From Candidatus Saccharibacteria bacterium UBA6664 (GTDB taxonomy: Bacteria > Patescibacteriota > Saccharimonadia > Saccharimonadales > Saccharimonadaceae): 64,000 bases of DNA. The notes below the pieces were generated by a model, which did no database searches, was not told the origin of the DNA, and saw only the letters and a program-made list of their open reading frames with translations. Positions 1 to 8,520 of the stretch are shown one piece after another. Each line of letters starts with the position of its first letter. The first letter of the stretch is position 1. The stretch is from the NCBI GenBank assembly GCA_002455275.1, contig DKKO01000006.1, positions 50,850 to 114,849 of the forward strand, written 5' to 3'. Position numbers and translations under genes: made by a program.

Positions 1-154
1 AACTCGTGCCTCGACACATGACATAGAGCGCTTCGAGTAAGCTGGTTTTGCCCGAGCCGTTTGGCCCCAAAATAAGCGTTACGTGTGGGTCAAGCTGCGC
101 CTCAAATAACGCATATGAGCGAAGATTCGCAACTTTTACCTCTGAAATTGACAT
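1..154 (-). CDS. recF: RecF DNA replication/repair protein, N-terminal 51 codons (gene runs off the window start)
   Basis: The reverse complement reads ATG(154-152) MSISEVKVANLRSYALFEAQLDPHVTLILGPNGSGKTSLLEALYVMCRGTS. This is a RecF-like N-terminus with Walker A GPNGSGKT. It is absent from the ORF track because the window edge truncates it. Confidence 0.7.
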   Translation of the reverse strand, partial: MSISEVKVANLRSYALFEAQLDPHVTLILGPNGSGKTSLLEALYVMCRGTS

Positions 155-202
155 GTAATCAGTATACCTTTTTTGCTATACTAATGACAAAGAGGAGAAA
201 TA

Positions 203-757
203 ATGTTTGATACTAAACCCTATGAAGTAAAAATGGACGCAGCGCTGGAACATTTTTCAGAAGAGCTAAAGAAAGTACGCACCGGCCGAGCGCACCCAGA
301 CATGCTTTCAAGCGTGCACGTTATGGCGTATGGCGCACCCATGCCGCTGAACCAAGTAGCAAATGTTACCGTGCCTGAACCTCAAATGCTTTTGGTAAGC
401 CCATTTGACCCGAGTAACATTCAGGCTATCGCTGCGGCGATTCGCGAAGATCAGTCCTTGGGCTTCAATCCAAGTGATGATGGTCGGGTAGTGCGCGTAC
501 CTATTCCTGCGCTTACAGAAGAACGTCGACGTGAAATGGTAAAACAACTCGGCGATAAGGTAGAAGAATGCCGAATTGCTCTGCGAAACGTACGCCAAGA
601 CGGCCTAAAAGACGCCAAACGCAAAAAAGAAGCCAAGGAATTGTCCGAGGATGACGTAAAAGCGGTTGAAAAAGAATTCGATAAGTTAATGCATGAGTAT
701 CAGGCCAAGATTGATACTGCGTTCAAGGCGAAAGAACAAGAAATTTTGACTATTTAG
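203..757 (+). CDS. frr: Ribosome recycling factor
   Basis: 184 aa. RRF-type blocks KVRTGRAHPDML and VRVPIPALTEERRREMVK. SD GAGGAG at 192-197. Confidence 0.95.
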   Translation: MFDTKPYEVKMDAALEHFSEELKKVRTGRAHPDMLSSVHVMAYGAPMPLNQVANVTVPEPQMLLVSPFDPSNIQAIAAAIREDQSLGFNPSDDGRVVRVPIPALTEERRREMVKQLGDKVEECRIALRNVRQDGLKDAKRKKEAKELSEDDVKAVEKEFDKLMHEYQAKIDTAFKAKEQEILTI

Positions 758-1014
758 TTTCGAGTAGCCACGTGCCGACCCGTTGAAGGTTTTGGCTTCG
801 GCACCAGCTTTTTAAGCGCAGTTGTGCTAAGTAAGCGACCGCGGGGTTGAGTAGGCACTGCATCTAATTCAGCGTGTTCGGCAGCAGCCGTGGCCTGAGC
901 TTGACGCATACGACGAGCAGCACTCGCAGCAGCGTATGATTCTTGATCGTAATCTGTTAGAGCATCCATACCAGAGGTAGAGGGTACAAAGGGTTGTGTA
1001 TCTTCGAAAGGCAT
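754..1014 (-). CDS. Hypothetical Ala-rich 86-aa protein, convergent with frr
   Basis: It is the only ORF in the 758-1073 gap. A consensus promoter lies directly upstream on the minus strand. Its stop codon overlaps the frr stop (TAG 755-757 on the plus strand, TAA 756-754 on the minus strand). Confidence 0.5.
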   Translation of the reverse strand: MPFEDTQPFVPSTSGMDALTDYDQESYAAASAARRMRQAQATAAAEHAELDAVPTQPRGRLLSTTALKKLVPKPKPSTGRHVATRN

Positions 1015-1023
1015 TATCTTCTT

Positions 1024-1052
1024 ATTGTAGCATAAACAGTATGAAAAGTCAA
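1024..1052 (-). promoter_or_regulatory. Sigma-70-type promoter for the 86-aa ORF
   Basis: The minus strand reads TTGACT(1052-1047), a 17-nt spacer, TACAAT(1029-1024), 9 nt, then ATG(1014). Confidence 0.6.
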
Positions 1053-1073
1053 TTTAGTGTAAAATAAGAAGTA

Positions 1074-2144
1074 GTGATACAGCCGATTATGTCGTATAAA
1101 CCAGCGCTCGAGCAGGCACTTCGAGAGTCTTTTAGCGAGTTTCGTGGGGTGTTGCCAAGTGTCATCTCACCACAGGCCAAGTGGGCGCTTAGCACTATGG
1201 AAGAATACAGCTTGCGACCAGGCAAGCGAGTACGTGCACTGCTAGCGGTTGCTACAGCAATGCACGATGACACTGTGGCTGAGCGCGACGCGCTTAAAAT
1301 AGGATGCGTGGTGGAGCTGATGCACGACTACTTGCTAATCGTCGACGATGTTATGGATCAGTCCGCCCTAAGACGAGGTAAACCTACCGTCCATTTACTG
1401 TACAAAGCTGAGTACGGCGACGAAGTGAGCGAATTTGAAGCGGAAATGGTAGCGATAAATGTTGGTTTGCTTGTGCAGCATATGGCGAGTTGGCTGTTGG
1501 GAACAATTGATACAACAGCCCAAAATTACGCGCAGCTTTGCCAAATTGTTCATACCAACATCGCGGTAACCGGGCTTGGCCAGATAGACGATACCTACCA
1601 ACAGCTAGGCCGAAATGGCACGAGCGTTGAAGATATAACCCGAAAATATCAACAAAAAAGTGGCTATTATAGTTTCATCAACCCTTTACAGGCAGGTCTG
1701 GCTCTCTGTGGCAAGCACTCAGACAGAGTCAAGCAAGTCGCTGAAGCCTATGGGCTTGCTGCAGGCGTGGCGTTTCAGCTAAATGACGATTACGATGGGT
1801 TGTTTGGCAAGAGTGAAGTAACTGGCAAGGAAAACCTCGATGATATTCGTGACGGTAAATTTACGTTGCTAATTCAGCAAGGGCTTGAGCGTGGAAATGA
1901 TGAGCAGCGCAAAACACTCACGCACCTACTGGGAAATCGAGAAGCAACCACCGAAGATTTGGAAACAGTACGAGACATTTTGACGCAGACAGGCGCCGCC
2001 GACTATGTTCGTGATGAGGCTAGAAAACAGGCTGCGGTAGCTGCGAAGGTGGCTCGAGACGGAATTGATATATGGGGTGAAGCATTTGCTAAAGAGCTAG
2101 AAGCGCTTGCTCAGACAATTTTAGGAAGCTTGGCTCGTGGCTGA
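1074..2144 (+). CDS. trans-Polyprenyl diphosphate synthase (FPP/GGPP synthase family)
   Basis: First Asp-rich motif LLIVDDVMD. Second motif FQLNDDYDG. Overlaps uppS by 8 nt. The start could be GTG 1074 or ATG 1089. Confidence 0.85.
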   Translation: MIQPIMSYKPALEQALRESFSEFRGVLPSVISPQAKWALSTMEEYSLRPGKRVRALLAVATAMHDDTVAERDALKIGCVVELMHDYLLIVDDVMDQSALRRGKPTVHLLYKAEYGDEVSEFEAEMVAINVGLLVQHMASWLLGTIDTTAQNYAQLCQIVHTNIAVTGLGQIDDTYQQLGRNGTSVEDITRKYQQKSGYYSFINPLQAGLALCGKHSDRVKQVAEAYGLAAGVAFQLNDDYDGLFGKSEVTGKENLDDIRDGKFTLLIQQGLERGNDEQRKTLTHLLGNREATTEDLETVRDILTQTGAADYVRDEARKQAAVAAKVARDGIDIWGEAFAKELEALAQTILGSLARG

Positions 2145-2823
2145 TATACCCCAGCACGTTGGCTATATTTTAGATGGTAACCGACGATGGGCAAAATCGG
2201 CCGGATTAGCCAGTATAAAAGGCCATGCGAAAGGTCAGGAAGTATTGCGAGAAGTGCTGTACGCGACATTTGAGCGTGGCGTAAAGTACGTCAGTATATA
2301 TGCATTTTCGACCGAAAATTGGACACGTGATAGCACAGAAGTAAGCTACCTAATGAAAGGTGTGGTAAAAGCACTCGAGCGTTATATGGACGAATTCGAG
2401 CAAAAAGGCGTGCGCATACGACTGCTTGGTGAGCGTGACGGATTACCCGAGACAGTGCAGCAAAGTATTGAAAAAGCCGAGCGACTGACCGTGAATAATA
2501 CGTCGGCGACGCTGGGAATTTGCTTAAACTACGGAGGTCAGCAAGAAATTGTCACGGCAGTTAAAAAAATTGTTCATTCAAACGTAGATGAAGCCGATAT
2601 CACACCAGAAATGATTGCCGAAAATTTATATGCGGCCGATATGCCGGCTTGTGATTTGATTGTTCGTACTAGCGGTGAGCAGCGACTAAGCAATTTTATG
2701 CTGTGGCGAGCTGCGTATAGCGAGCTATTATTCTTAGAGAAAAACTGGCCAGAAATGACCGCTGAGGACGTCGATATCGTACTAGATGAATACGCCAGGC
2801 GAACTCGGCGATTTGGTTCGTAA
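2137..2823 (+). CDS. uppS: Undecaprenyl diphosphate synthase (cis-prenyltransferase)
   Basis: 228 aa. Motifs HVGYILDGNRRWA, YAFSTENW and RTSGEQRLSNFMLWRAAYSEL. Confidence 0.95.
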   Translation: MADIPQHVGYILDGNRRWAKSAGLASIKGHAKGQEVLREVLYATFERGVKYVSIYAFSTENWTRDSTEVSYLMKGVVKALERYMDEFEQKGVRIRLLGERDGLPETVQQSIEKAERLTVNNTSATLGICLNYGGQQEIVTAVKKIVHSNVDEADITPEMIAENLYAADMPACDLIVRTSGEQRLSNFMLWRAAYSELLFLEKNWPEMTAEDVDIVLDEYARRTRRFGS

Positions 2824-2876
2824 AAGTAGTATAATGGTAAGAACGTGAAAATTGAGATGCAAATTTTGGAGGGTAC

Positions 2877-4022
2877 ATGCTGCTGATAGGAATATTGACT
2901 GGGCTCATCATCTTGGTGTTGCTGGTGGTAATACATGAGCTTGGGCATGCGGTAGCGGCACGTCGTAATGGCGTGGTGGTTGAGGAATTTGGCATTGGAT
3001 TTCCGCCTCGAGCATGGGCTAAAAAGCTATCAAATGGAGTGCTATTTACTCTCAACTGGGCGCCACTGGGTGGTTTTGTAAAACTGAAGGGCGAGTATGA
3101 TTCGGCCAACAAAAAAGGCGACTATGGTGCGGCTACCTACTGGCAAAAAACCAAAATTTTGCTTGCTGGTGTACTGATGAACTGGATCGTCGCTGCCTTG
3201 CTATTTACTTTGCTAGCGTTTGTTGGACTACCAAAGATACTGCCAAACCAGTTTAGTGTACCAGGCGACACGAGAATCGATAGCAGTAGCTTGAAGATTG
3301 CGTCTATTGAGAATGGCTCGCCGGCCGACAAATCAGACTTGAAACTTGGCGACGAGTTGCTACTGATCAATGGCCAAGATATTCAATCAGCAACTGAACT
3401 TGCCGAGGCGACAAAAGCAAATCGAGGTAAGACTATCGACATTACGTATTCTCGTGGTGGTGAAGAAGCAATGACGAAAGCAACGTTGCGCGAAGACAAC
3501 AGCGACAACAAAGGGTACTTGGGAGTTGGCTCAACTCAGCGACAAGAGATATACGCCACGTGGTCTGCGCCGATTGTTGGCGTAGGTACAACCGTGCAGC
3601 TAACAGCCGAAACATTCGGGGCACTTGGTAAGGTAGCAACAAGTTTCGTGCAAGGACTCGCGAGTAAATTTAGCTCCGACTCGAATGTAAAAAAGGAAGG
3701 CGACGCTGCTTTGAGCTACGCCACTTCTAGCGTGTCTGGGCCGGTGGGTATTTTGGGTGTGATTTTCCCACAAATGCAAGCTGCAGGCATAAAACCACTG
3801 CTATTTTTGACAGCAATCATTTCGCTTAGCCTAGCGGTGATGAACAGTCTGCCGATACCAGCCCTCGATGGCGGACGTTGGTTTACCATGACCGTGTATC
3901 GCTTGATGAAAAAGCCACTCACTAAAGAGCGTGAAGAGAGTATTCAAACCGCCGGATTTATCGCGTTGCTTACATTAATTGTTTTGGTGACGGTGGCGGA
4001 TGTCAGTAAGCTTCTGGGATAG
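2877..4022 (+). CDS. rseP: Site-2 (M50) intramembrane zinc metalloprotease with PDZ domain
   Basis: HELGH motif near the N-terminus. Central PDZ-like segment (GSPADKSDLKLGDELLLINGQ). C-terminal NSLPIPALDGG. SD GGAGGG upstream. Confidence 0.9.
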   Translation: MLLIGILTGLIILVLLVVIHELGHAVAARRNGVVVEEFGIGFPPRAWAKKLSNGVLFTLNWAPLGGFVKLKGEYDSANKKGDYGAATYWQKTKILLAGVLMNWIVAALLFTLLAFVGLPKILPNQFSVPGDTRIDSSSLKIASIENGSPADKSDLKLGDELLLINGQDIQSATELAEATKANRGKTIDITYSRGGEEAMTKATLREDNSDNKGYLGVGSTQRQEIYATWSAPIVGVGTTVQLTAETFGALGKVATSFVQGLASKFSSDSNVKKEGDAALSYATSSVSGPVGILGVIFPQMQAAGIKPLLFLTAIISLSLAVMNSLPIPALDGGRWFTMTVYRLMKKPLTKEREESIQTAGFIALLTLIVLVTVADVSKLLG

Positions 4023-4770
4023 CACGCGAAAAGCACTCATACTCTCAATTTGGGTGGTTGCTGTATTTTTGGGTGTGCAATTTATACTAAGCTTTGTCTA
4101 TGGCGGAATATTGTATGCCATACCAGCCTTGGCAGACGTAAATGCAGCTGTTAGTGTGACGATTTTTGCTGCACTCGTGTACATATGTAGTTTTCTGATT
4201 GTGACAGGTGTGCCTGTGTTGCTTCATAGGCAAAAAGTGTCGCGTTCGCTGCTTGGTATAGACAGAAACCTGGCTTGGAGCGATATTGGCCTAGGATTTT
4301 TAGCGGTTTTACCATACTTTTTGCTTTCTGCTGGGCTAGTGCTCGTGGTAAGTGCGATATGGAGCGGCCTTGACCCTGAACAGAAACAAAGCATACCATT
4401 TCAAGATTTAACCACCCAACTTGAATACCTAGTGGCTTTCGCGACGTTGGTGGTACTAGCGCCCATAGCCGAAGAACTATTGTTTCGGGGCTATTTACAG
4501 GGTAGTTTACGCAAGGTAATGAACAAATGGTCGGCGGTTGTGCTGACGGCTGTGTTGTTCGGTTCGCTCCACCTGATGGGCGACTTCGACGAGAATGGCG
4601 TGGTGCTTCAATGGGCCGCAGGGATAGATACATTTGCGCTAGGGCTAGTGCTCGCGAGTTTGCGTGAATTTACTGGCTCGGTGTATGCAGGGATTTTGCT
4701 ACACATGCTAAAAAATGCGATTGCCTTTTATTTCCTCTTTATCTATCCGATGATGGCTGGTACTCTATAA
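4000..4770 (+). CDS. CPBP (CAAX-type) intramembrane metalloprotease family protein
   Basis: Multi-TM protein with EELLFRGY, FGSLH and HMLKN motifs. Confidence 0.8.
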   Translation: MSVSFWDSTRKALILSIWVVAVFLGVQFILSFVYGGILYAIPALADVNAAVSVTIFAALVYICSFLIVTGVPVLLHRQKVSRSLLGIDRNLAWSDIGLGFLAVLPYFLLSAGLVLVVSAIWSGLDPEQKQSIPFQDLTTQLEYLVAFATLVVLAPIAEELLFRGYLQGSLRKVMNKWSAVVLTAVLFGSLHLMGDFDENGVVLQWAAGIDTFALGLVLASLREFTGSVYAGILLHMLKNAIAFYFLFIYPMMAGTL

Positions 4771-4776
4771 GATAGT

Positions 4777-6015
4777 ATGCGAGTTTCTAGACTATTCACC
4801 AAAACACTCAAACAAGCACCGGCTGACGAAGTTAGTCGTAATGCGCAGCTTCTTATTCGCGCTGGCTATGTCTATAAAGAAATGGCCGGAGCCTATGCCT
4901 ATTTGCCGCTCGGTATTCGTGTAGTTGAAAAGATTAAACAAATTGTTCGCGAAGAAATGAACGCGATTGGTTCAAACGAGCTGATTATGACCACCTTGCA
5001 ACGACGTGAGGTGTGGGAGAAAACTCATCGATGGGACGAATCGACGGTAGATATATGGTTTAAAACTCACTTACAAGACAAAACAGAGGTGGGCTTGGCT
5101 TGGAGCCATGAAGAACCGATTGTCGAGATGCTAAAGCATTACGTACAAAGTTACAAAGACTTGCCGATAAGTTTATACCAGTTCCAGACGAAGATGCGCA
5201 ACGAGCTTCGTGCTAAGAGCGGTATTATGCGTGGACGCGAATTTATCATGAAAGATATGTATTCGTTTCACACGACGAAAGAAGATCTCGATACGTATTA
5301 CGAGCAGGTTATTGAAGCTTACAAGCGAGTATATGAACGACTTGGCGTGGGCGATGATACCTACGTAACTTTCGCGAGCGGTGGTGCATTTACGAAATTT
5401 AGCCACGAATTCCAAACGATTACCGATGCAGGCGAAGACGTTATTTATCTTCATCGCGAAAAGAATATTGCTGTGAACGAAGAAGTTATTGACGACGCGG
5501 TGAAGGAACTGGGAATTTCGCGCGATGAACTAGAGAAGGTTAAGACTGCTGAAAGCGGTAATATCTTCAACTTTGGCACACAAAAAACCGATGAAATGGG
5601 GCTTTACTACACTGATAAGGACGGTAAGCGCCAGTCGCTGTGGATAGGAAGCTACGGCATTGGGGTGACACGAATGATGGGTGTGATTGCCGAAAAAATG
5701 AGTGATGACAAAGGCTTGGTATGGCCAGTGAACATTGCGCCGTACACGGCGTACTTAGTGTCTATTGGTGAAAACGGAGCAAAGGCAGCCGACGAGTTGT
5801 ACGACAAGCTAACGAGTGAGGGAATAGAAGTACTGTATGATGATCGAGATGAACGACCAGGTGCTAAGTTTGCCGATGCTGAGCTACTAGGAATTCCGTA
5901 CCGCGTGACGGTAAGTGATCGACTGGTTGAAGCTGGTCAAGTAGAGCTACAAACGCGAAAAACAGGTGAACAAACTACTCTTGCAACAGATGAGCTGCTT
6001 GCAAAGTTGCATTGA
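4777..6015 (+). CDS. proS: Prolyl-tRNA synthetase, short bacterial-type form without the INS editing domain
   Basis: 412 aa. Bacterial-type N-terminus MRVSRLFTKTLKQAPADEVSRNAQLLIRAGY. Motif 2 region REFIMKDMYSFH. Motif 3 region GSYGIGVTRMMG. Anticodon-binding C-terminus. Confidence 0.9.
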   Translation: MRVSRLFTKTLKQAPADEVSRNAQLLIRAGYVYKEMAGAYAYLPLGIRVVEKIKQIVREEMNAIGSNELIMTTLQRREVWEKTHRWDESTVDIWFKTHLQDKTEVGLAWSHEEPIVEMLKHYVQSYKDLPISLYQFQTKMRNELRAKSGIMRGREFIMKDMYSFHTTKEDLDTYYEQVIEAYKRVYERLGVGDDTYVTFASGGAFTKFSHEFQTITDAGEDVIYLHREKNIAVNEEVIDDAVKELGISRDELEKVKTAESGNIFNFGTQKTDEMGLYYTDKDGKRQSLWIGSYGIGVTRMMGVIAEKMSDDKGLVWPVNIAPYTAYLVSIGENGAKAADELYDKLTSEGIEVLYDDRDERPGAKFADAELLGIPYRVTVSDRLVEAGQVELQTRKTGEQTTLATDELLAKLH

Positions 6016-6155
6016 CACCAAAGGCTAATAGTTGGTACAATGGGCGTTAGCCTACGCATAGTGCGTACAGGTTTTACAGATGAGAATGCGAGTGCCAAGC
6101 GATAAAAGGCACTTTTTAAAAGACTATTTTGAGACAAGAGAAATAAGGAAATTGA

Positions 6156-6611
6156 ATGAAGAAACTATATCAAATTACCACAGAAGGAAAGAAAGAACTC
6201 GAGGCAGAACTCGAGAAGCTTAAAGGGCGCCGCGGAGAGATTGCCGAAAAGATTGCTGACGCTCGTGATTACGGTGATTTGAGCGAGAATGCTGAATACG
6301 ACGCCGCTCGCGAAGAGCAGGGCTTGGTTGAAAGCCGCGTTGCTGAAATTGAAGACATTTTGCTAAACGCAGAGCTGATTAAAGGTAGCAAAAAATCTAG
6401 CGTTGGCTTGGGCAGCAAGGTTGAGCTAAAAACCGGTAATAAGGCCGTTTCATACCACGTGGTAGGGCCTGTAGAAGCCGACCCAGTAGCCGGCAAAATT
6501 AGCAACGAATCGCCAATCGGCAACGCCTTGATGGGCAAAAAAGTAGGTGACAGTGCTGTCGTGACTACGCCAAAAGGCGACATCAACTACAAAATTGTTA
6601 GCATAAGCTAA
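6156..6611 (+). CDS. greA: Transcription elongation factor GreA
   Basis: 151 aa. Coiled-coil N-terminus with YGDLSENAEYDAAREEQ. SD AAGGA upstream. Confidence 0.93.
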   Translation: MKKLYQITTEGKKELEAELEKLKGRRGEIAEKIADARDYGDLSENAEYDAAREEQGLVESRVAEIEDILLNAELIKGSKKSSVGLGSKVELKTGNKAVSYHVVGPVEADPVAGKISNESPIGNALMGKKVGDSAVVTTPKGDINYKIVSIS

Positions 6612-6655
6612 TCTAGCCTACAAACCTACCTATAATTACGCTATACTAAAGCTAA

Positions 6656-8161
6656 ATGGCAACTCTACAAGATTATCGCGACGAACGGCTGCGCAAATTG
6701 GAGCAGCTAAAAGCTCTGGGCGTTGACGCGTACCCAGCTACGGCTAACCGCACTCACCACACGGGTGAGGTGCTAGAACAATTCGATAGTTTAGTAGGTC
6801 AAACGGTCACTGTTGCTGGGCGCATAATGAGTCTGCGCAAATTTGGGAAGTTGGCCTTTGTTGTTGTGCGCGACGAGAGCGGGCAAATACAGCTCTTTTT
6901 GCACGGCCCAGACGTTGCGCCCTTAGAAGCCAAATCTGGCGTGCTAGGCATGAGCGAGCTAAACTTACTTGATACGGGTGATTTTATTGAAGCTACCGGC
7001 GAAGTGATTACCACAAAAACTGGTGAGAAATCTGTTGGTGTAAAAAACCTGAGATTGCTTACAAAATCGCTTCGACCAATGCCTACCGAACTGACGAACA
7101 AAGAAGAACGCTTTCGTCGTCGTTATGTTGATATGAACGTCAATGTCGATGTGCGCGAGCGTTTTCGTCGTCGCAGTGTGTTTTGGCAAGCTACTCGAGA
7201 TTTTCTGAACGAGCATGGCTTTACGGAAATTAATATTCCGGTGCTCGAACATACTACCGGTGGCGCCGACGCCAACCCATTCGTCACCCACATGGACGCA
7301 TTGGACGACCAACGGTTTTATTTGCGCATAAGCCACGAATTGCCGCTGAAGCGCCTACTCGGAGCGGGGTTTGAAAAAGTCTACGACCTTGGGCCACGTT
7401 TTAGGAATGAAAACTATAGCGATGAACATCTGCCAGAACACATTGCTATGGAATGGTACTGGGCCTACGCGAACTGGCAAGATGGCCGCGAGTTCATGGA
7501 ACAAATGTACAAAACCGTACTCGAAAAAACTTTCGGCACCTTGCAATTCAAGCTAGGTAAGTTTGACGTTGATATGAGTGGTGAGTGGGAAGTGTGGGAC
7601 TACGCCACGGTAATAAAAGACCGCTACGGAATTGATGTGTACGAAAGCTCGCTTGATGATGTAAAGAAAGCTCTTGCCGACAACAAGCTTGAAGTTGAGC
7701 AAACTGAAAACCGTGCTCGTGGAATTGATAAGTTATGGAAAAATATTCGTAAGGATGTGGCAGGGCCAGTATGGCTTATTAATACACCTAAGTTCATTTC
7801 GCCGCTGGCAAAAACCAGCCCAGACGATGAGCGAGTGGTAGAACGTTTCCAGCCAGTTATTGCTGGCAGTGAGTTGGGTAACGGCTTCTCTGAGCTTAAT
7901 GACCCAATCGATCAGTTACAACGTTTCATGGAGCAGCAGGCTATGCGCGATGCAGGTGATGATGAAGCAATGATGCTTGATATAGATTACGTTGAGATGC
8001 TTGAGTACGGTATGCCTCCGGCTTGCGGTTGGGGTCATAGCGAGCGAGTATTTTGGATTTTTGAAGGTGTAACAGCTCGCGAAGGTGTGCCATTCCCTCA
8101 GCTGAAGAGCGAAATAGACGAAACGACGCGTACGATTTATCCAAACGTACGATTTGAATAA
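6656..8161 (+). CDS. lysS: Lysyl-tRNA synthetase, class II
   Basis: 501 aa. OB-fold N-domain followed by a class II core (FRNENYSDEHLPEHIAMEWY, GWGHSERV). TATACT at 6642-6647 lies 8 nt before the ATG. Confidence 0.95.
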   Translation: MATLQDYRDERLRKLEQLKALGVDAYPATANRTHHTGEVLEQFDSLVGQTVTVAGRIMSLRKFGKLAFVVVRDESGQIQLFLHGPDVAPLEAKSGVLGMSELNLLDTGDFIEATGEVITTKTGEKSVGVKNLRLLTKSLRPMPTELTNKEERFRRRYVDMNVNVDVRERFRRRSVFWQATRDFLNEHGFTEINIPVLEHTTGGADANPFVTHMDALDDQRFYLRISHELPLKRLLGAGFEKVYDLGPRFRNENYSDEHLPEHIAMEWYWAYANWQDGREFMEQMYKTVLEKTFGTLQFKLGKFDVDMSGEWEVWDYATVIKDRYGIDVYESSLDDVKKALADNKLEVEQTENRARGIDKLWKNIRKDVAGPVWLINTPKFISPLAKTSPDDERVVERFQPVIAGSELGNGFSELNDPIDQLQRFMEQQAMRDAGDDEAMMLDIDYVEMLEYGMPPACGWGHSERVFWIFEGVTAREGVPFPQLKSEIDETTRTIYPNVRFE

Positions 8162-8221
8162 TTTTCTCAGCTAAGTTTCAGGTAGGAGTACTATACTTTG
8201 CTCACAACAGTAAGGAGTAGT

Positions 8222-8494
8222 ATGGCAAAAGAAGGAACAGAGACTATTGCGAAGAAGGCAAAATCCACTGATACGCCAGACAAAACCGGGGTGCCGAATA
8301 TAAAAGAATTGGAGCTTGCCGTAGCAAATCTTCGCACGGCAGCGATTATTTTCGCTGTATTATTGGCGGTCACAATGCTATGGCTTGGCTGGCTGAATCT
8401 GAAGGTGGCGAGGCTTCATATTGAGCAGAGTACCGAGCAGTATCCAATGATGCAGCAGTGGCAGCAGCGCGACAATAATAGCTGGTATCGCTAG
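8222..8494 (+). CDS. Small single-pass membrane protein (hypothetical)
   Basis: I chose ATG 8222 because SD TAAGGAG lies 4 nt upstream. The ORF-track start at 8198 lacks a signal. One TM segment (AAIIFAVLLAVTMLWLGWL). Confidence 0.5.
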   Translation: MAKEGTETIAKKAKSTDTPDKTGVPNIKELELAVANLRTAAIIFAVLLAVTMLWLGWLNLKVARLHIEQSTEQYPMMQQWQQRDNNSWYR

Positions 8495-8520
8495 CACCGA
8501 CATACTGCTACAATAGCAGT

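Noticed and set aside
6016-6155. Hairpins in the proS-greA spacer (AGGCTAA...TTAGCCT, ACGCAtagTGCGT, GTGCC...GGCAC+TTTTT) as a possible tRNA or other small RNA
   Set aside because: There is no cloverleaf geometry and no conserved T-loop or D-loop sequences. The last hairpin with a T-run is adequately explained as a weak proS terminator. No other intergenic region showed tRNA or rRNA features.
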